DNA of 64,000 nucleotides, taken from the NCBI RefSeq assembly GCF_003334785.1, contig NZ_QOWV01000002.1. One strand, 5' to 3'. The translations under genes were made by a program, and so were the position numbers. Source of the stretch: Escherichia coli (GTDB lineage: Bacteria; Pseudomonadota; Gammaproteobacteria; Enterobacterales; Enterobacteriaceae). Each line of letters starts with the position of its first letter. The first letter of the stretch is position 1. The notes beneath the pieces were generated by a model that did no database searches, had not been told where the DNA came from, and worked only from the letters and a program-made list of their open reading frames with translations. Shown piece by piece: positions 41,945-53,205 of the stretch.

Positions 41945-44794
41945 TTGAAATACCTTGCTTCTTTTCGTACAACCCTGAAAGCCTCGCGCTACATGTTCAG
42001 AGCATTGGCGTTAGTGCTCTGGCTGTTGATTGCTTTTTCATCCGTTTTTTACATCGTTAATGCGTTACATCAGCGAGAATCGGAAATTCGTCAGGAATTT
42101 AATCTGAGTTCCGATCAGGCTCAGCGCTTTATTCAACGCACCTCTGATGTGATGAAAGAGCTGAAGTACATCGCCGAAAATCGCTTATCGGCAGAAAACG
42201 GTGTGCTTTCCCCGCGTGGACGAGAAACGCAGGCGGATGTGCCTGCGTTTGAACCGCTGTTTGCCGACTCCGATTGTTCCGCAATGAGTAACACCTGGCG
42301 AGGTTCTCTGGAGTCATTGGCGTGGTTTATGCGCTACTGGCGCGATAATTTTTCTGCGGCTTACGATCTAAACCGGGTATTTTTAATCGGCAGCGATAAC
42401 CTCTGCATGGCCAATTTCGGTCTGCGTGATATGCCAGTGGAACGCGATACCGCGTTGAAAGCTTTGCATGAACGCATCAATAAATATCGAAATGCACCAC
42501 AAGATGATAGCGGCAGTAACCTCTACTGGATCAGCGAAGGTCCGCGCCCTGGCGTCGGGTATTTTTACGCGTTGACGCCAGTTTATCTGGCGAACCGGTT
42601 GCAGGCGCTTTTGGGTGTCGAGCAGACCATCCGGATGGAGAACTTTTTCTTACCGGGTACGTTGCCGATGGGGGTTACCATTCTTGATGAAAATGGTCAT
42701 ACCCTGATTTCGCTTACCGGACCAGAAAGTAAAATTAAGGGCGATCCTCGCTGGATGCAGGAACGCTCCTGGTTTGGCTATACGGAAGGGTTCCGGGAGC
42801 TGGTGCTGAAGAAAAATCTGCCACCCTCATCGCTAAGCATCGTGTATTCGGTGCCGGTTGATAAGGTGCTGGAACGCATTCGCATGTTGATCCTTAACGC
42901 AATTTTGCTGAATGTGCTTGCCGGAGCTGCATTGTTTACTCTCGCACGGATGTACGAGCGACGTATTTTCATTCCGGCGGAAAGCGACGCCCTGCGACTG
43001 GAAGAACATGAGCAGTTCAATCGCAAGATTGTCGCCTCCGCGCCAGTGGGTATCTGCATTTTGCGTACCGCTGATGGCGTCAATATTTTAAGTAACGAAC
43101 TGGCGCATACCTATCTCAATATGCTTACGCATGAGGACCGCCAACGACTGACGCAAATTATCTGTGGGCAGCAGGTCAATTTTGTTGATGTCCTGACCAG
43201 CAACAATACCAATCTGCAAATCAGCTTCGTCCATTCGCGCTATCGTAATGAAAACGTGGCCATTTGTGTGCTGGTGGATGTTTCTTCGCGCGTGAAGATG
43301 GAAGAGTCGTTGCAGGAGATGGCACAAGCAGCGGAACAGGCGAGCCAGTCAAAATCGATGTTCCTTGCCACCGTCAGTCATGAGCTGCGAACGCCGCTGT
43401 ATGGCATTATCGGTAACCTGGATCTGTTGCAAACCAAAGAGTTACCGAAAGGCGTCGATCGGCTGGTGACGGCAATGAACAACTCTTCCAGCCTGTTGTT
43501 GAAAATTATCAGCGATATTCTCGATTTCTCGAAGATTGAATCGGAACAGTTGAAGATCGAACCGCGTGAGTTTTCACCGCGTGAAGTGATGAACCACATC
43601 ACCGCCAACTATTTACCGCTGGTGGTACGCAAGCAGTTAGGCTTGTACTGCTTTATTGAACCGGATGTGCCAGTGGCCTTAAATGGCGACCCGATGCGTT
43701 TACAGCAGGTCATCTCCAACCTGTTGAGTAACGCCATAAAATTCACCGATACCGGCTGTATAGTTTTGCATGTTCGCGCGGATGGCGATTATCTCTCTAT
43801 CCGTGTTCGCGATACCGGCGTGGGGATACCGGCGAAAGAAGTGGTGCGCTTGTTTGATCCCTTCTTCCAGGTCGGAACGGGCGTACAGCGTAATTTCCAG
43901 GGGACCGGTCTGGGTCTGGCGATTTGTGAAAAACTGATCAGCATGATGGACGGCGATATCTCGGTAGATTCAGAACCGGGAATGGGCAGCCAGTTTACCG
44001 TGCGTATTCCGTTGTACGGCGCTCAGTACCCGCAGAAAAAAGGCGTGGAAGGGTTGAGTGGTAAACGCTGCTGGCTGGCGGTCCGCAATGCGTCGCTCTG
44101 TCAGTTCCTGGAAACCAGTTTGCAGCGCAGCGGCATCGTCGTTACAACATACGAAGGGCAGGAACCGACTCCCGAAGATGTGTTGATCACTGACGAGGTA
44201 GTGAGTAAAAAATGGCAGGGCAGAGCGGTAGTGACCTTCTGTCGTCGCCATATTGGTATTCCGCTGGAGAAAGCGCCAGGGGAGTGGGTACACAGTGTGG
44301 CTGCTCCGCATGAGCTACCGGCATTGTTGGCGCGTATTTATTTGATCGAGATGGAGAGCGACGATCCTGCTAACGCTCTGCCGTCAACGGACAAAGCGGT
44401 CAGCGATAATGACGATATGATGATTCTGGTCGTGGATGATCATCCGATTAACCGGCGTTTGCTGGCAGATCAGTTGGGATCGTTGGGCTATCAATGTAAA
44501 ACCGCGAATGATGGCGTCGATGCGCTTAATGTACTTAGCAAGAATCATATTGATATCGTGCTTAGCGACGTCAACATGCCAAATATGGATGGTTACCGCT
44601 TGACGCAACGCATTCGTCAGTTGGGACTGACGTTGCCGGTAATCGGAGTAACTGCTAATGCGTTGGCTGAAGAGAAGCAGCGGTGTCTGGAGTCCGGTAT
44701 GGACAGCTGCCTGTCGAAGCCGGTAACGCTGGATGTGATAAAACAGACGCTGACGTTATATGCCGAGAGGGTCAGGAAATCGCGGGATTCGTAG
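41945..44794 (+). CDS. rcsC: Hybrid sensor kinase RcsC
   Basis: 949-aa ORF with HisKA H-box (SHELRTPL) and C-terminal receiver domain. Confidence 0.95.
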   Translation: MKYLASFRTTLKASRYMFRALALVLWLLIAFSSVFYIVNALHQRESEIRQEFNLSSDQAQRFIQRTSDVMKELKYIAENRLSAENGVLSPRGRETQADVPAFEPLFADSDCSAMSNTWRGSLESLAWFMRYWRDNFSAAYDLNRVFLIGSDNLCMANFGLRDMPVERDTALKALHERINKYRNAPQDDSGSNLYWISEGPRPGVGYFYALTPVYLANRLQALLGVEQTIRMENFFLPGTLPMGVTILDENGHTLISLTGPESKIKGDPRWMQERSWFGYTEGFRELVLKKNLPPSSLSIVYSVPVDKVLERIRMLILNAILLNVLAGAALFTLARMYERRIFIPAESDALRLEEHEQFNRKIVASAPVGICILRTADGVNILSNELAHTYLNMLTHEDRQRLTQIICGQQVNFVDVLTSNNTNLQISFVHSRYRNENVAICVLVDVSSRVKMEESLQEMAQAAEQASQSKSMFLATVSHELRTPLYGIIGNLDLLQTKELPKGVDRLVTAMNNSSSLLLKIISDILDFSKIESEQLKIEPREFSPREVMNHITANYLPLVVRKQLGLYCFIEPDVPVALNGDPMRLQQVISNLLSNAIKFTDTGCIVLHVRADGDYLSIRVRDTGVGIPAKEVVRLFDPFFQVGTGVQRNFQGTGLGLAICEKLISMMDGDISVDSEPGMGSQFTVRIPLYGAQYPQKKGVEGLSGKRCWLAVRNASLCQFLETSLQRSGIVVTTYEGQEPTPEDVLITDEVVSKKWQGRAVVTFCRRHIGIPLEKAPGEWVHSVAAPHELPALLARIYLIEMESDDPANALPSTDKAVSDNDDMMILVVDDHPINRRLLADQLGSLGYQCKTANDGVDALNVLSKNHIDIVLSDVNMPNMDGYRLTQRIRQLGLTLPVIGVTANALAEEKQRCLESGMDSCLSKPVTLDVIKQTLTLYAERVRKSRDS

Positions 44795-44993
<199 letters not shown>

Positions 44994-45644
44994 TTAGTCT
45001 TTATCTGCCGGACTTAAGGTCACTGAAGAGAGATAATTCAGCAGGGCGATATCGTTCTCGACACCCAGCTTCATCATCGCAGATTTCTTCTGGCTACTGA
45101 TGGTTTTAATACTGCGGTTCAGCTTTTTAGCGATCTCGGTCACCAGGAAGCCTTCCGCAAACAGGCGCAGAACTTCACTCTCTTTTGGCGAGAGACGCTT
45201 GTCACCGTAACCACCAGCACTGATTTTTTCCAACAGGCGAGAAACGCTTTCCGGGGTAAATTTCTTCCCTTTCTGCAGCGCGGCGAGAGCTTTCGGCAGA
45301 TCGGTCGGTGCACCTTGTTTCAGCACGATCCCTTCGATATCCAGATCCAATACCGCACTAAGAATCGCCGGGTTGTTGTTCATAGTCAGAACAATGATCG
45401 ACAGGCTTGGGAAATGGCGCTTGATGTACTTGATTAAGGTAATGCCATCGCCGTACTTATCGCCAGGCATGGAGAGATCGGTAATCAACACATGCGCATC
45501 CAGTTTCGGCAGGTTGTTGATCAGTGCTGTAGAGTCTTCAAATTCGCCGACAACATTCACCCACTCAATTTGCTCAAGTGATTTGCGAATACCGAACAAG
45601 ACTATCGGATGGTCATCGGCAATAATTACGTTCATATTGTTCAT
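44994..45644 (-). CDS. rcsB: Response regulator RcsB (LuxR/FixJ family)
   Basis: ORF 44994..45689; start set at MNNMNVIIADDHP… (45644); 216 aa. Confidence 0.95.
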   Translation of the reverse strand: MNNMNVIIADDHPIVLFGIRKSLEQIEWVNVVGEFEDSTALINNLPKLDAHVLITDLSMPGDKYGDGITLIKYIKRHFPSLSIIVLTMNNNPAILSAVLDLDIEGIVLKQGAPTDLPKALAALQKGKKFTPESVSRLLEKISAGGYGDKRLSPKESEVLRLFAEGFLVTEIAKKLNRSIKTISSQKKSAMMKLGVENDIALLNYLSSVTLSPADKD

Positions 45645-45660
45645 GTAATAGGCTACCTTG

Positions 45661-48333
45661 CTACAGCAAGCTCTTGACATAACTGTCAATGTCGCTGATG
45701 TATTTTTCTATTCCTGGAACATCCTTCTCACGAATCAGATGTTCCAGCGTTTCACATAACTGCTTGCCGGGTACCAGATTTAGCATGGCAAATACGCCTT
45801 TAAGACGATGAGCCGTTTGGGCTAACGCAGCAAAGTCACTGGTTGCTGCTTCAGTATACAGCCTCTTAACATCATCCGGTACTGTGTCTACAAAGAGCGC
45901 ATAATAGCCGCTGGCATGGAGTTGCGCATTTTCATCTCCGCCCAGAGGCGATTCTGTCACCTCTTCCTGCGCCAGTTGCACTTCAATTAATTGTAAGACC
46001 GCTTCCTGCATAGCGTTGCTCATATTGAAGTTGACGCACAATTGACCAGGCCCAATTTCCCGTACGCCAGACTCATCATCGCTTAAAAGCAAGCCAGAGG
46101 CAGTAAGATTAGACGGATTATCCGTTAAAAAGATATCATAATCTTGACTAATTAATCTTTCATCGGGTGTGATACAGGTTGCACCCCAATTTTCTAACTG
46201 GCGAGTGACAATATTCCGAATTTCTGCCGAAGTAACATCCACCATTACGCAGACATCATCCAGTAAACGCTCTTCTTCCTCTTCAACTTCCGGGTCAGCT
46301 GCGAGCATTTTGATATGCACAGAGTAGCGTGTACCAAGCCCATCCCGCGTTTTGATGTTTAAATGACCGCCCAGTTTACGTGCCAGTTGATCGCTCAGCC
46401 AGAATGCCAGCGGGTCCGCCTTGCCATAGCGATCGTTTTGGGTCTGGTTGATAAACGGGAAGTGCAAATTATCCATTTCATGAATACTTACGCCTTCTCC
46501 CGTGTCCAGAATGCGGAACGTCAGGCGGTCTTCGGAGGACTCATCCTGATCAACCTCAAGGGTGATTTTTCCCAATTGCGTTGAGGTCACGGCATATTGC
46601 ATCAGTAGCAGCAAAATACGTCGTAAGGCATCGCGATCGCCGCGGCGCATATCGTGTGCTTTCAGATGATTGTTAATCAGCAGTTGCAGACCTTTACGCT
46701 TGATGGCAGGCAACACTGAAGGCACAACTTCATCAATTAAATCCTGCACGGAGAACAGCACCGTCTCACTTTTCCAGCTATCATCCGCAAGCATGTTCGC
46801 TAACTGTATTTCATCAACCAGCCGCACCAGCACATCTGCCTGATTCGCCAGTTGTTTGCTTTCCGGGGCGTTGAGTTTAGCCGCGCTCTCCGCCAGGGAC
46901 TGTGCGGGTTCTTTCAGCGCATCGCCAATGTTTTTCATAAAGATCATCCGCCCCTGCTGGTTTTTCTCATACAGACGCTGCGCCTGCTTGAGTTTCTTGT
47001 TTACCAGCACTTCGCGATCCTGATCGCGAATAATGAAAATTTGTGTGCGCGGCGCGACCTGGCTGCGGAACATGCGGATCTCATACAGCTCGTTATTGAT
47101 CGTCGCCTGAATAATCCCCTGATGCTGTTCCGCCATGGTGGTGATGTTTTGCAGATTCAAATGCGGCAGCAAATGATCGGCAATTTTGTTACTTATGACA
47201 GTGCGGTTCGATTCCTGATCGTGAACCAGCAGGCCGAGCGGCAGCAGTGAGACTATCTCTTCATTGATTGCCCGTAAAATGCGCAATTCGTTATTGACCG
47301 CCGTGCTGGGGACGTTTTCTGTACTGCGGCTGGAGAAATGGCGGAATGTGGTATAGCCAAATAACGCCAGCGCCAGCAAACCGATGTTCAGCAGCAGTGG
47401 CAGCAGAATGTTTTGCAACGTATCCAGCAATAAGGTGCCATAAGGAACCTGCCAGACCAGGCGCATATCGGTAGAGTTGAGTGCCGAGGAGATTTCAATC
47501 TTCGTACTGTTAAAGTGGATACTGACGCTATCCGTCCCTTCTTTCTCATTATCATTGTTTCCCGTTGCCGTCGCGTCTGGCTCAAGGCGGAAACTGTCCA
47601 GCGGCATACCCGGTGGGATCAAATCATTAATCGGCAGATCAAAAGCCACGACCGTTGCCAGATGTCCTGGCTGGTTAAAGGTAGTACGCAATGTAAAGTA
47701 ATGACCGTTCTGCCAGGCCAGGCGGCGCATGTTAGAAAAGCTTTCGCGTTCATCGAGGGCGTTGGCCTGTTGCAACATCTCTGCACGACGTGAATCAACA
47801 ATGTCGCTGACGGTCGATTCTTTAAATCCGGAGGTGAGATCTTTAAGGGGTAGGGTTGAGATCAGCACCAGACTGTTATCCTGACCATTCAGGTAATACA
47901 TCGACCACGGTACATTTTCTGCGCCCCACAATGTATCCAGATAAGTGGACATCCGCTGAGTCATCTCAAGCGTTGAGTTGTCGTGAGAGCCAAAGATTAA
48001 CGCTTCCGTTTTGCGGCGTGGTTTCTCCAGATAGTAGACATCCTGTTTCAGGCGCGTCTCTTGTAAACCTTCGCCGGAGGAGGGGGAGGTCGTCGCGGCA
48101 ATGTTGTCGTAGATCTGCCAGGTCACGTAACGCCAGTTATCGACGCGCTTTTGGATAGCATGGGTAATGTCGACAATCTGGTAACTTTTATCTTTCAGCC
48201 AGGCGTTAACGGCGCTTTGTACCATTACACCCATCGTCACCAGTAACACAATGATCAACAGTAAAAAGAAGCGGGTAATGCTCCCCGGTAGGAGTGAAAA
48301 GCGGGTCGTGGCCGTTGTCTCTTTCTGACGCAT
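45661..48333 (-). CDS. rcsD: Phosphotransfer intermediate protein RcsD (YojN)
   Basis: 890-aa ORF; degenerate kinase-like core plus C-terminal HPt domain. Confidence 0.93.
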   Translation of the reverse strand: MRQKETTATTRFSLLPGSITRFFLLLIIVLLVTMGVMVQSAVNAWLKDKSYQIVDITHAIQKRVDNWRYVTWQIYDNIAATTSPSSGEGLQETRLKQDVYYLEKPRRKTEALIFGSHDNSTLEMTQRMSTYLDTLWGAENVPWSMYYLNGQDNSLVLISTLPLKDLTSGFKESTVSDIVDSRRAEMLQQANALDERESFSNMRRLAWQNGHYFTLRTTFNQPGHLATVVAFDLPINDLIPPGMPLDSFRLEPDATATGNNDNEKEGTDSVSIHFNSTKIEISSALNSTDMRLVWQVPYGTLLLDTLQNILLPLLLNIGLLALALFGYTTFRHFSSRSTENVPSTAVNNELRILRAINEEIVSLLPLGLLVHDQESNRTVISNKIADHLLPHLNLQNITTMAEQHQGIIQATINNELYEIRMFRSQVAPRTQIFIIRDQDREVLVNKKLKQAQRLYEKNQQGRMIFMKNIGDALKEPAQSLAESAAKLNAPESKQLANQADVLVRLVDEIQLANMLADDSWKSETVLFSVQDLIDEVVPSVLPAIKRKGLQLLINNHLKAHDMRRGDRDALRRILLLLMQYAVTSTQLGKITLEVDQDESSEDRLTFRILDTGEGVSIHEMDNLHFPFINQTQNDRYGKADPLAFWLSDQLARKLGGHLNIKTRDGLGTRYSVHIKMLAADPEVEEEEERLLDDVCVMVDVTSAEIRNIVTRQLENWGATCITPDERLISQDYDIFLTDNPSNLTASGLLLSDDESGVREIGPGQLCVNFNMSNAMQEAVLQLIEVQLAQEEVTESPLGGDENAQLHASGYYALFVDTVPDDVKRLYTEAATSDFAALAQTAHRLKGVFAMLNLVPGKQLCETLEHLIREKDVPGIEKYISDIDSYVKSLL

Positions 48334-48644
48334 TCGTGTTTATGACCTGTTAAAACTTCGCGAAGTGATAGAGCAGTATAAAGGGTACAGTGTGAAATTC
48401 CAGACTCTTACCTGATTGATGATTCTCTATTCTCCCGTGATATTTATCATCCTGCATTGGGGGAAATAGATGTACAAGCGCCATTTTGCTGTACAAATAA
48501 CCTACAAAAAGCCCAACAAAAATAATTGCAAATAAACAAAGATTGCTGGAAATTATGCGGATGTTAATTATTTGTGAAATAGTTAACAAGCGTTATAGTT
48601 TTTCTGTGGTAGCACAGAATAATGAAAAGTGTGTAAAGAAGGGT

Positions 48645-48737
48645 AAAAAAAACCGAATGCGAGGCATCCGGTTGAAATAGGGGTAAACAGACATTCAGAA
48701 ATGAATGACGGTAATAAATAAAGTTAATGATGATAGC
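48645..48737 (-). ncRNA. micF: micF antisense small RNA
   Basis: The minus strand reads gctatcatcattaactttatttattaccgtcattcatttctgaatgtctgtttacccctatttcaaccggatgcctcgcattcgg followed by T8; matches micF as I recall it, including the terminal stem-loop and U-tract; divergent from ompC. Confidence 0.75.
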
Positions 48738-48892
48738 GGGAGTTATTCTAGTTGCGAGTGAAGGTTTTGTTTTGACATTCAGTGCTGTCAAATACTTAAG
48801 AATAAGTTATTGATTTTAACCTTGAATTATTATTGCTTGATGTTAGGTGCTTATTTCGCCATTCCGCAATAATCTTAAAAAGTTCCCTTGCA

Positions 48893-48952
48893 TTTACATT
48901 TTGAAACATCTATAGCGATAAATGAAACATCTTAAAAGTTTTAGTATCATAT
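48893..48952 (+). promoter_or_regulatory. Three tandem 20-bp OmpR boxes upstream of the ompC promoter
   Basis: tttacattttgaaacatcta / tagcgataaatgaaacatct / taaaagttttagtatcatat, three phased 20-mers each containing the GAAACAT/ACAT core, followed by a gagaat -10-like element. Confidence 0.6.
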
Positions 48953-49056
48953 TCGTGTTGGATTATTCTGCATTTTTGGGGAGAATGGACTTGCCGACTG
49001 ATTAATGAGGGTTAATCAGTATGCAGTGGCATAAAAAAGCAAATAAAGGCATATAA

Positions 49057-50175
<1,119 letters not shown>

Positions 50176-50194
50176 TCTCGATTGATATCGAACA

Positions 50195-50216
50195 AAGGGC
50201 CTGCGGGCCCTTTTTT
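50195..50216 (+). terminator. Rho-independent terminator of ompC
   Basis: GGGCC-tgcg-GGCCC hairpin followed by tttttt. Confidence 0.6.
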
Positions 50217-50286
50217 CATTGTTTTCAGCGTACAAACTCAGTTTTTTGGTGTACTCTTGCGACCGTTCGCATGAGGATAATCACGT

Positions 50287-51342
50287 ATGGAAATAAGCTT
50301 TACCCGCGTGGCACTGCTGGCTGCCGCGCTCTTCTTTGTTGGTTGCGATCAAAAACCACAACCCGCCAAAACCCACGCTACTGAAGTTACCGTTCTTGAA
50401 GGCAAAACTATGGGTACCTTCTGGCGTGCCAGCATCCCGGGCATTGACGCCAAACGCAGCGCCGAACTTAAAGAAAAGATTCAGACCCAACTGGACGCCG
50501 ACGATCAGCTGCTTTCGACCTATAAAAAAGATTCCGCGCTGATGCGCTTTAACGACTCGCAAAGTTTATCGCCGTGGCCGGTAAGTGAAGCGATGGCCGA
50601 TATCGTCACCACCTCGCTGCGCATTGGCGCGAAGACCGATGGCGCGATGGATATAACCGTCGGGCCGCTGGTGAATCTGTGGGGCTTTGGCCCGGAACAA
50701 CAGCCGGTTCAAATTCCGAGCCAGGAACAGATCGATGCGATGAAAGCCAAAACCGGCTTACAGCACCTGACGGTCATCAATCAGTCGCATCAGCAATATC
50801 TGCAAAAAGACCTGCCGGATTTATATGTCGATCTCTCCACCGTCGGCGAAGGCTATGCGGCCGATCATTTGGCACGCTTGATGGAGCAGGAAGGGATTTC
50901 CCGCTATCTGGTGTCGGTGGGCGGCGCGCTGAACAGCCGTGGTATGAACGGTGAAGGCCTGCCGTGGCGGGTAGCGATTCAAAAACCAACCGATAAAGAA
51001 AACGCGGTTCAGGCTGTGGTGGATATCAACGGTCATGGGATTAGCACCTCTGGCAGCTACCGTAACTATTACGAACTGGACGGCAAACGTCTTTCCCATG
51101 TTATCGATCCGCAAACCGGGCGTCCCATCGAACACAATCTGGTATCCGTGACGGTGATTGCTCCGACGGCGCTGGAAGCCGATGCCTGGGATACTGGCTT
51201 GATGGTACTCGGGCCGGAGAAAGCTAAAGAGGTTGTTCGCCGGGAAGGGCTGGCGGTTTATATGATCACCAAAGAAGGCGATAGCTTTAAAACCTGGATG
51301 TCACCACAGTTTAAAAGCTTCCTTGTCAGCGAAAAAAATTAA
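50287..51342 (+). CDS. apbE: FAD:protein FMN transferase (ApbE/Ftp) lipoprotein
   Basis: 351-aa ORF with lipoprotein signal (…LFFVGC). Confidence 0.9.
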   Translation: MEISFTRVALLAAALFFVGCDQKPQPAKTHATEVTVLEGKTMGTFWRASIPGIDAKRSAELKEKIQTQLDADDQLLSTYKKDSALMRFNDSQSLSPWPVSEAMADIVTTSLRIGAKTDGAMDITVGPLVNLWGFGPEQQPVQIPSQEQIDAMKAKTGLQHLTVINQSHQQYLQKDLPDLYVDLSTVGEGYAADHLARLMEQEGISRYLVSVGGALNSRGMNGEGLPWRVAIQKPTDKENAVQAVVDINGHGISTSGSYRNYYELDGKRLSHVIDPQTGRPIEHNLVSVTVIAPTALEADAWDTGLMVLGPEKAKEVVRREGLAVYMITKEGDSFKTWMSPQFKSFLVSEKN

Positions 51343-51348
51343 AGCGCA
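51336..51348 (+). promoter_or_regulatory. Ada box (methylated-Ada binding site) of the ada-alkB promoter
   Basis: AAATTAAAGCGCA overlaps the apbE stop codon, 68 bp upstream of the ada ATG. Confidence 0.5.
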
Positions 51349-51415
51349 AGATTGTTGGTTTTTGCGTGATGGTGACCGGGCAGCCTAAAGGCTATCCTTA
51401 ACCAGGGAGCTGATT

Positions 51416-52480
51416 ATGAAAAAAGCCACATGCTTAACTGACGATCAACGCTGGCAATCTGTCTTAGCCCGCGACCCGAATGCCGACGGCGAATTCGTTT
51501 TCGCCGTGCGTACCACAGGCATCTTTTGCCGTCCGTCTTGCCGCGCCAGACATGCTTTGCGGGAAAACGTCTCCTTCTACGCAAATGCCAGCGAGGCACT
51601 CGCCGCTGGCTTTCGCCCCTGCAAACGTTGTCAGCCAGAAAAAGCCAATGCCCAGCAACATCGGTTGGATAAAATCACCCACGCGTGTCGACTGCTGGAA
51701 CAGGAAACGCCTGTAACGCTGGAAGCCTTAGCCGACCAGGTGGCGATGAGTCCATTTCATCTACATCGGTTGTTTAAAGCGACTACCGGAATGACGCCTA
51801 AAGCCTGGCAACAGGCCTGGCGCGCTCGCCGTTTGCGCGAATCGCTGGCGAAAGGGGAGAGCGTGACGACGTCTATTCTTAACGCCGGATTCCCCGACAG
51901 CAGCAGTTACTATCGCAAAGCTGACGAAACGCTGGGCATGACGGCTAAACAATTCCGTCACGGTGGCGAAAATCTGGCGGTGCGTTACGCGCTGGCTGAT
52001 TGTGAGCTGGGTCGTTGCCTGGTGGCAGAAAGCGAGCGGGGGATTTGCGCGATATTGCTGGGCGATGATGACGCGACACTAATCAGCGAGTTGCAGCAGA
52101 TGTTTCCCGCTGCCGACAACGCGCCTGCCGATCTGATGTTTCAGCAACATGTGCGTGAAGTGATCGCCAGCCTCAATCAACGCGATACGCCGCTGACGTT
52201 ACCGCTGGACATTCGCGGCACTGCTTTTCAGCAACAAGTCTGGCAGGCACTGCGCACGATACCTTGCGGTGAAACCGTCAGTTATCAGCAACTGGCTAAC
52301 GCCATCGGCAAACCGAAAGCGGTACGGGCCGTTGCCAGCGCCTGTGCCGCCAACAAGCTGGCTATCATAATACCCTGTCATCGGGTGGTCCGTGGTGATG
52401 GCACACTTTCCGGTTACCGCTGGGGCGTGTCGCGTAAAGCGCAACTGCTGCGCCGCGAAGCTGAAAATGAGGAGAGGTAA
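51416..52480 (+). CDS. ada: Bifunctional regulator / O6-methylguanine-DNA methyltransferase Ada
   Basis: 354-aa ORF; N-terminal Zn-Cys cluster, AraC-type HTH and C-terminal PCHRV active site. Confidence 0.95.
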   Translation: MKKATCLTDDQRWQSVLARDPNADGEFVFAVRTTGIFCRPSCRARHALRENVSFYANASEALAAGFRPCKRCQPEKANAQQHRLDKITHACRLLEQETPVTLEALADQVAMSPFHLHRLFKATTGMTPKAWQQAWRARRLRESLAKGESVTTSILNAGFPDSSSYYRKADETLGMTAKQFRHGGENLAVRYALADCELGRCLVAESERGICAILLGDDDATLISELQQMFPAADNAPADLMFQQHVREVIASLNQRDTPLTLPLDIRGTAFQQQVWQALRTIPCGETVSYQQLANAIGKPKAVRAVASACAANKLAIIIPCHRVVRGDGTLSGYRWGVSRKAQLLRREAENEER

Positions 52481-53130
52481 TGTTGGATCTGTTTGCCGAT
52501 GCTGAACCGTGGCAAGAGCCACTGGCGGCTGGTGCGGTAATTTTACGGCGTTTTGCTTTTAACGCTGCGGAGCAACTGATCCGCGATATTAATGACGTTG
52601 CCAGCCAGTCGCCGTTTCGCCAGATGGTCACCCCCGGGGGATATACCATGTCGGTGGCGATGACCAACTGTGGGCATCTGGGCTGGACGACCCATCGGCA
52701 AGGTTATCTCTATTCGCCCATTGATCCGCAAACAAATAAACCGTGGCCCGCCATGCCACAGAGTTTTCATAATTTATGTCAACGTGCGGCTACGGCGGCG
52801 GGCTATCCAGATTTCCAGCCAGATGCTTGTCTTATCAACCGCTACGCTCCTGGCGCGAAACTGTCGCTGCATCAGGATAAAGACGAACCGGATCTGCGCG
52901 CGCCAATTGTTTCTGTTTCTCTGGGCTTACCCGCGATTTTTCAATTTGGCGGCCTGAAACGAAATGATCCGCTCAAACGTTTGTTGTTGGAACATGGCGA
53001 TGTGGTGGTATGGGGCGGTGAATCGCGGCTGTTTTATCACGGTATTCAACCGTTGAAAGCGGGGTTTCATCCACTCACCATCGACTGCCGCTACAACCTG
53101 ACATTCCGTCAGGCAGGTAAAAAAGAATAA
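52480..53130 (+). CDS. alkB: Alpha-ketoglutarate/Fe(II)-dependent DNA dealkylase AlkB
   Basis: 216-aa ORF; start overlaps the ada stop (TAATG). Confidence 0.95.
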   Translation: MLDLFADAEPWQEPLAAGAVILRRFAFNAAEQLIRDINDVASQSPFRQMVTPGGYTMSVAMTNCGHLGWTTHRQGYLYSPIDPQTNKPWPAMPQSFHNLCQRAATAAGYPDFQPDACLINRYAPGAKLSLHQDKDEPDLRAPIVSVSLGLPAIFQFGGLKRNDPLKRLLLEHGDVVVWGGESRLFYHGIQPLKAGFHPLTIDCRYNLTFRQAGKKE

Positions 53131-53205
53131 AAATAAGAATTATTATTGCTGTGCGCGCGAAGATGTTTAAACTGCGGGCTGTAATTCATTGTCCGGGTTT
53201 TCTGC

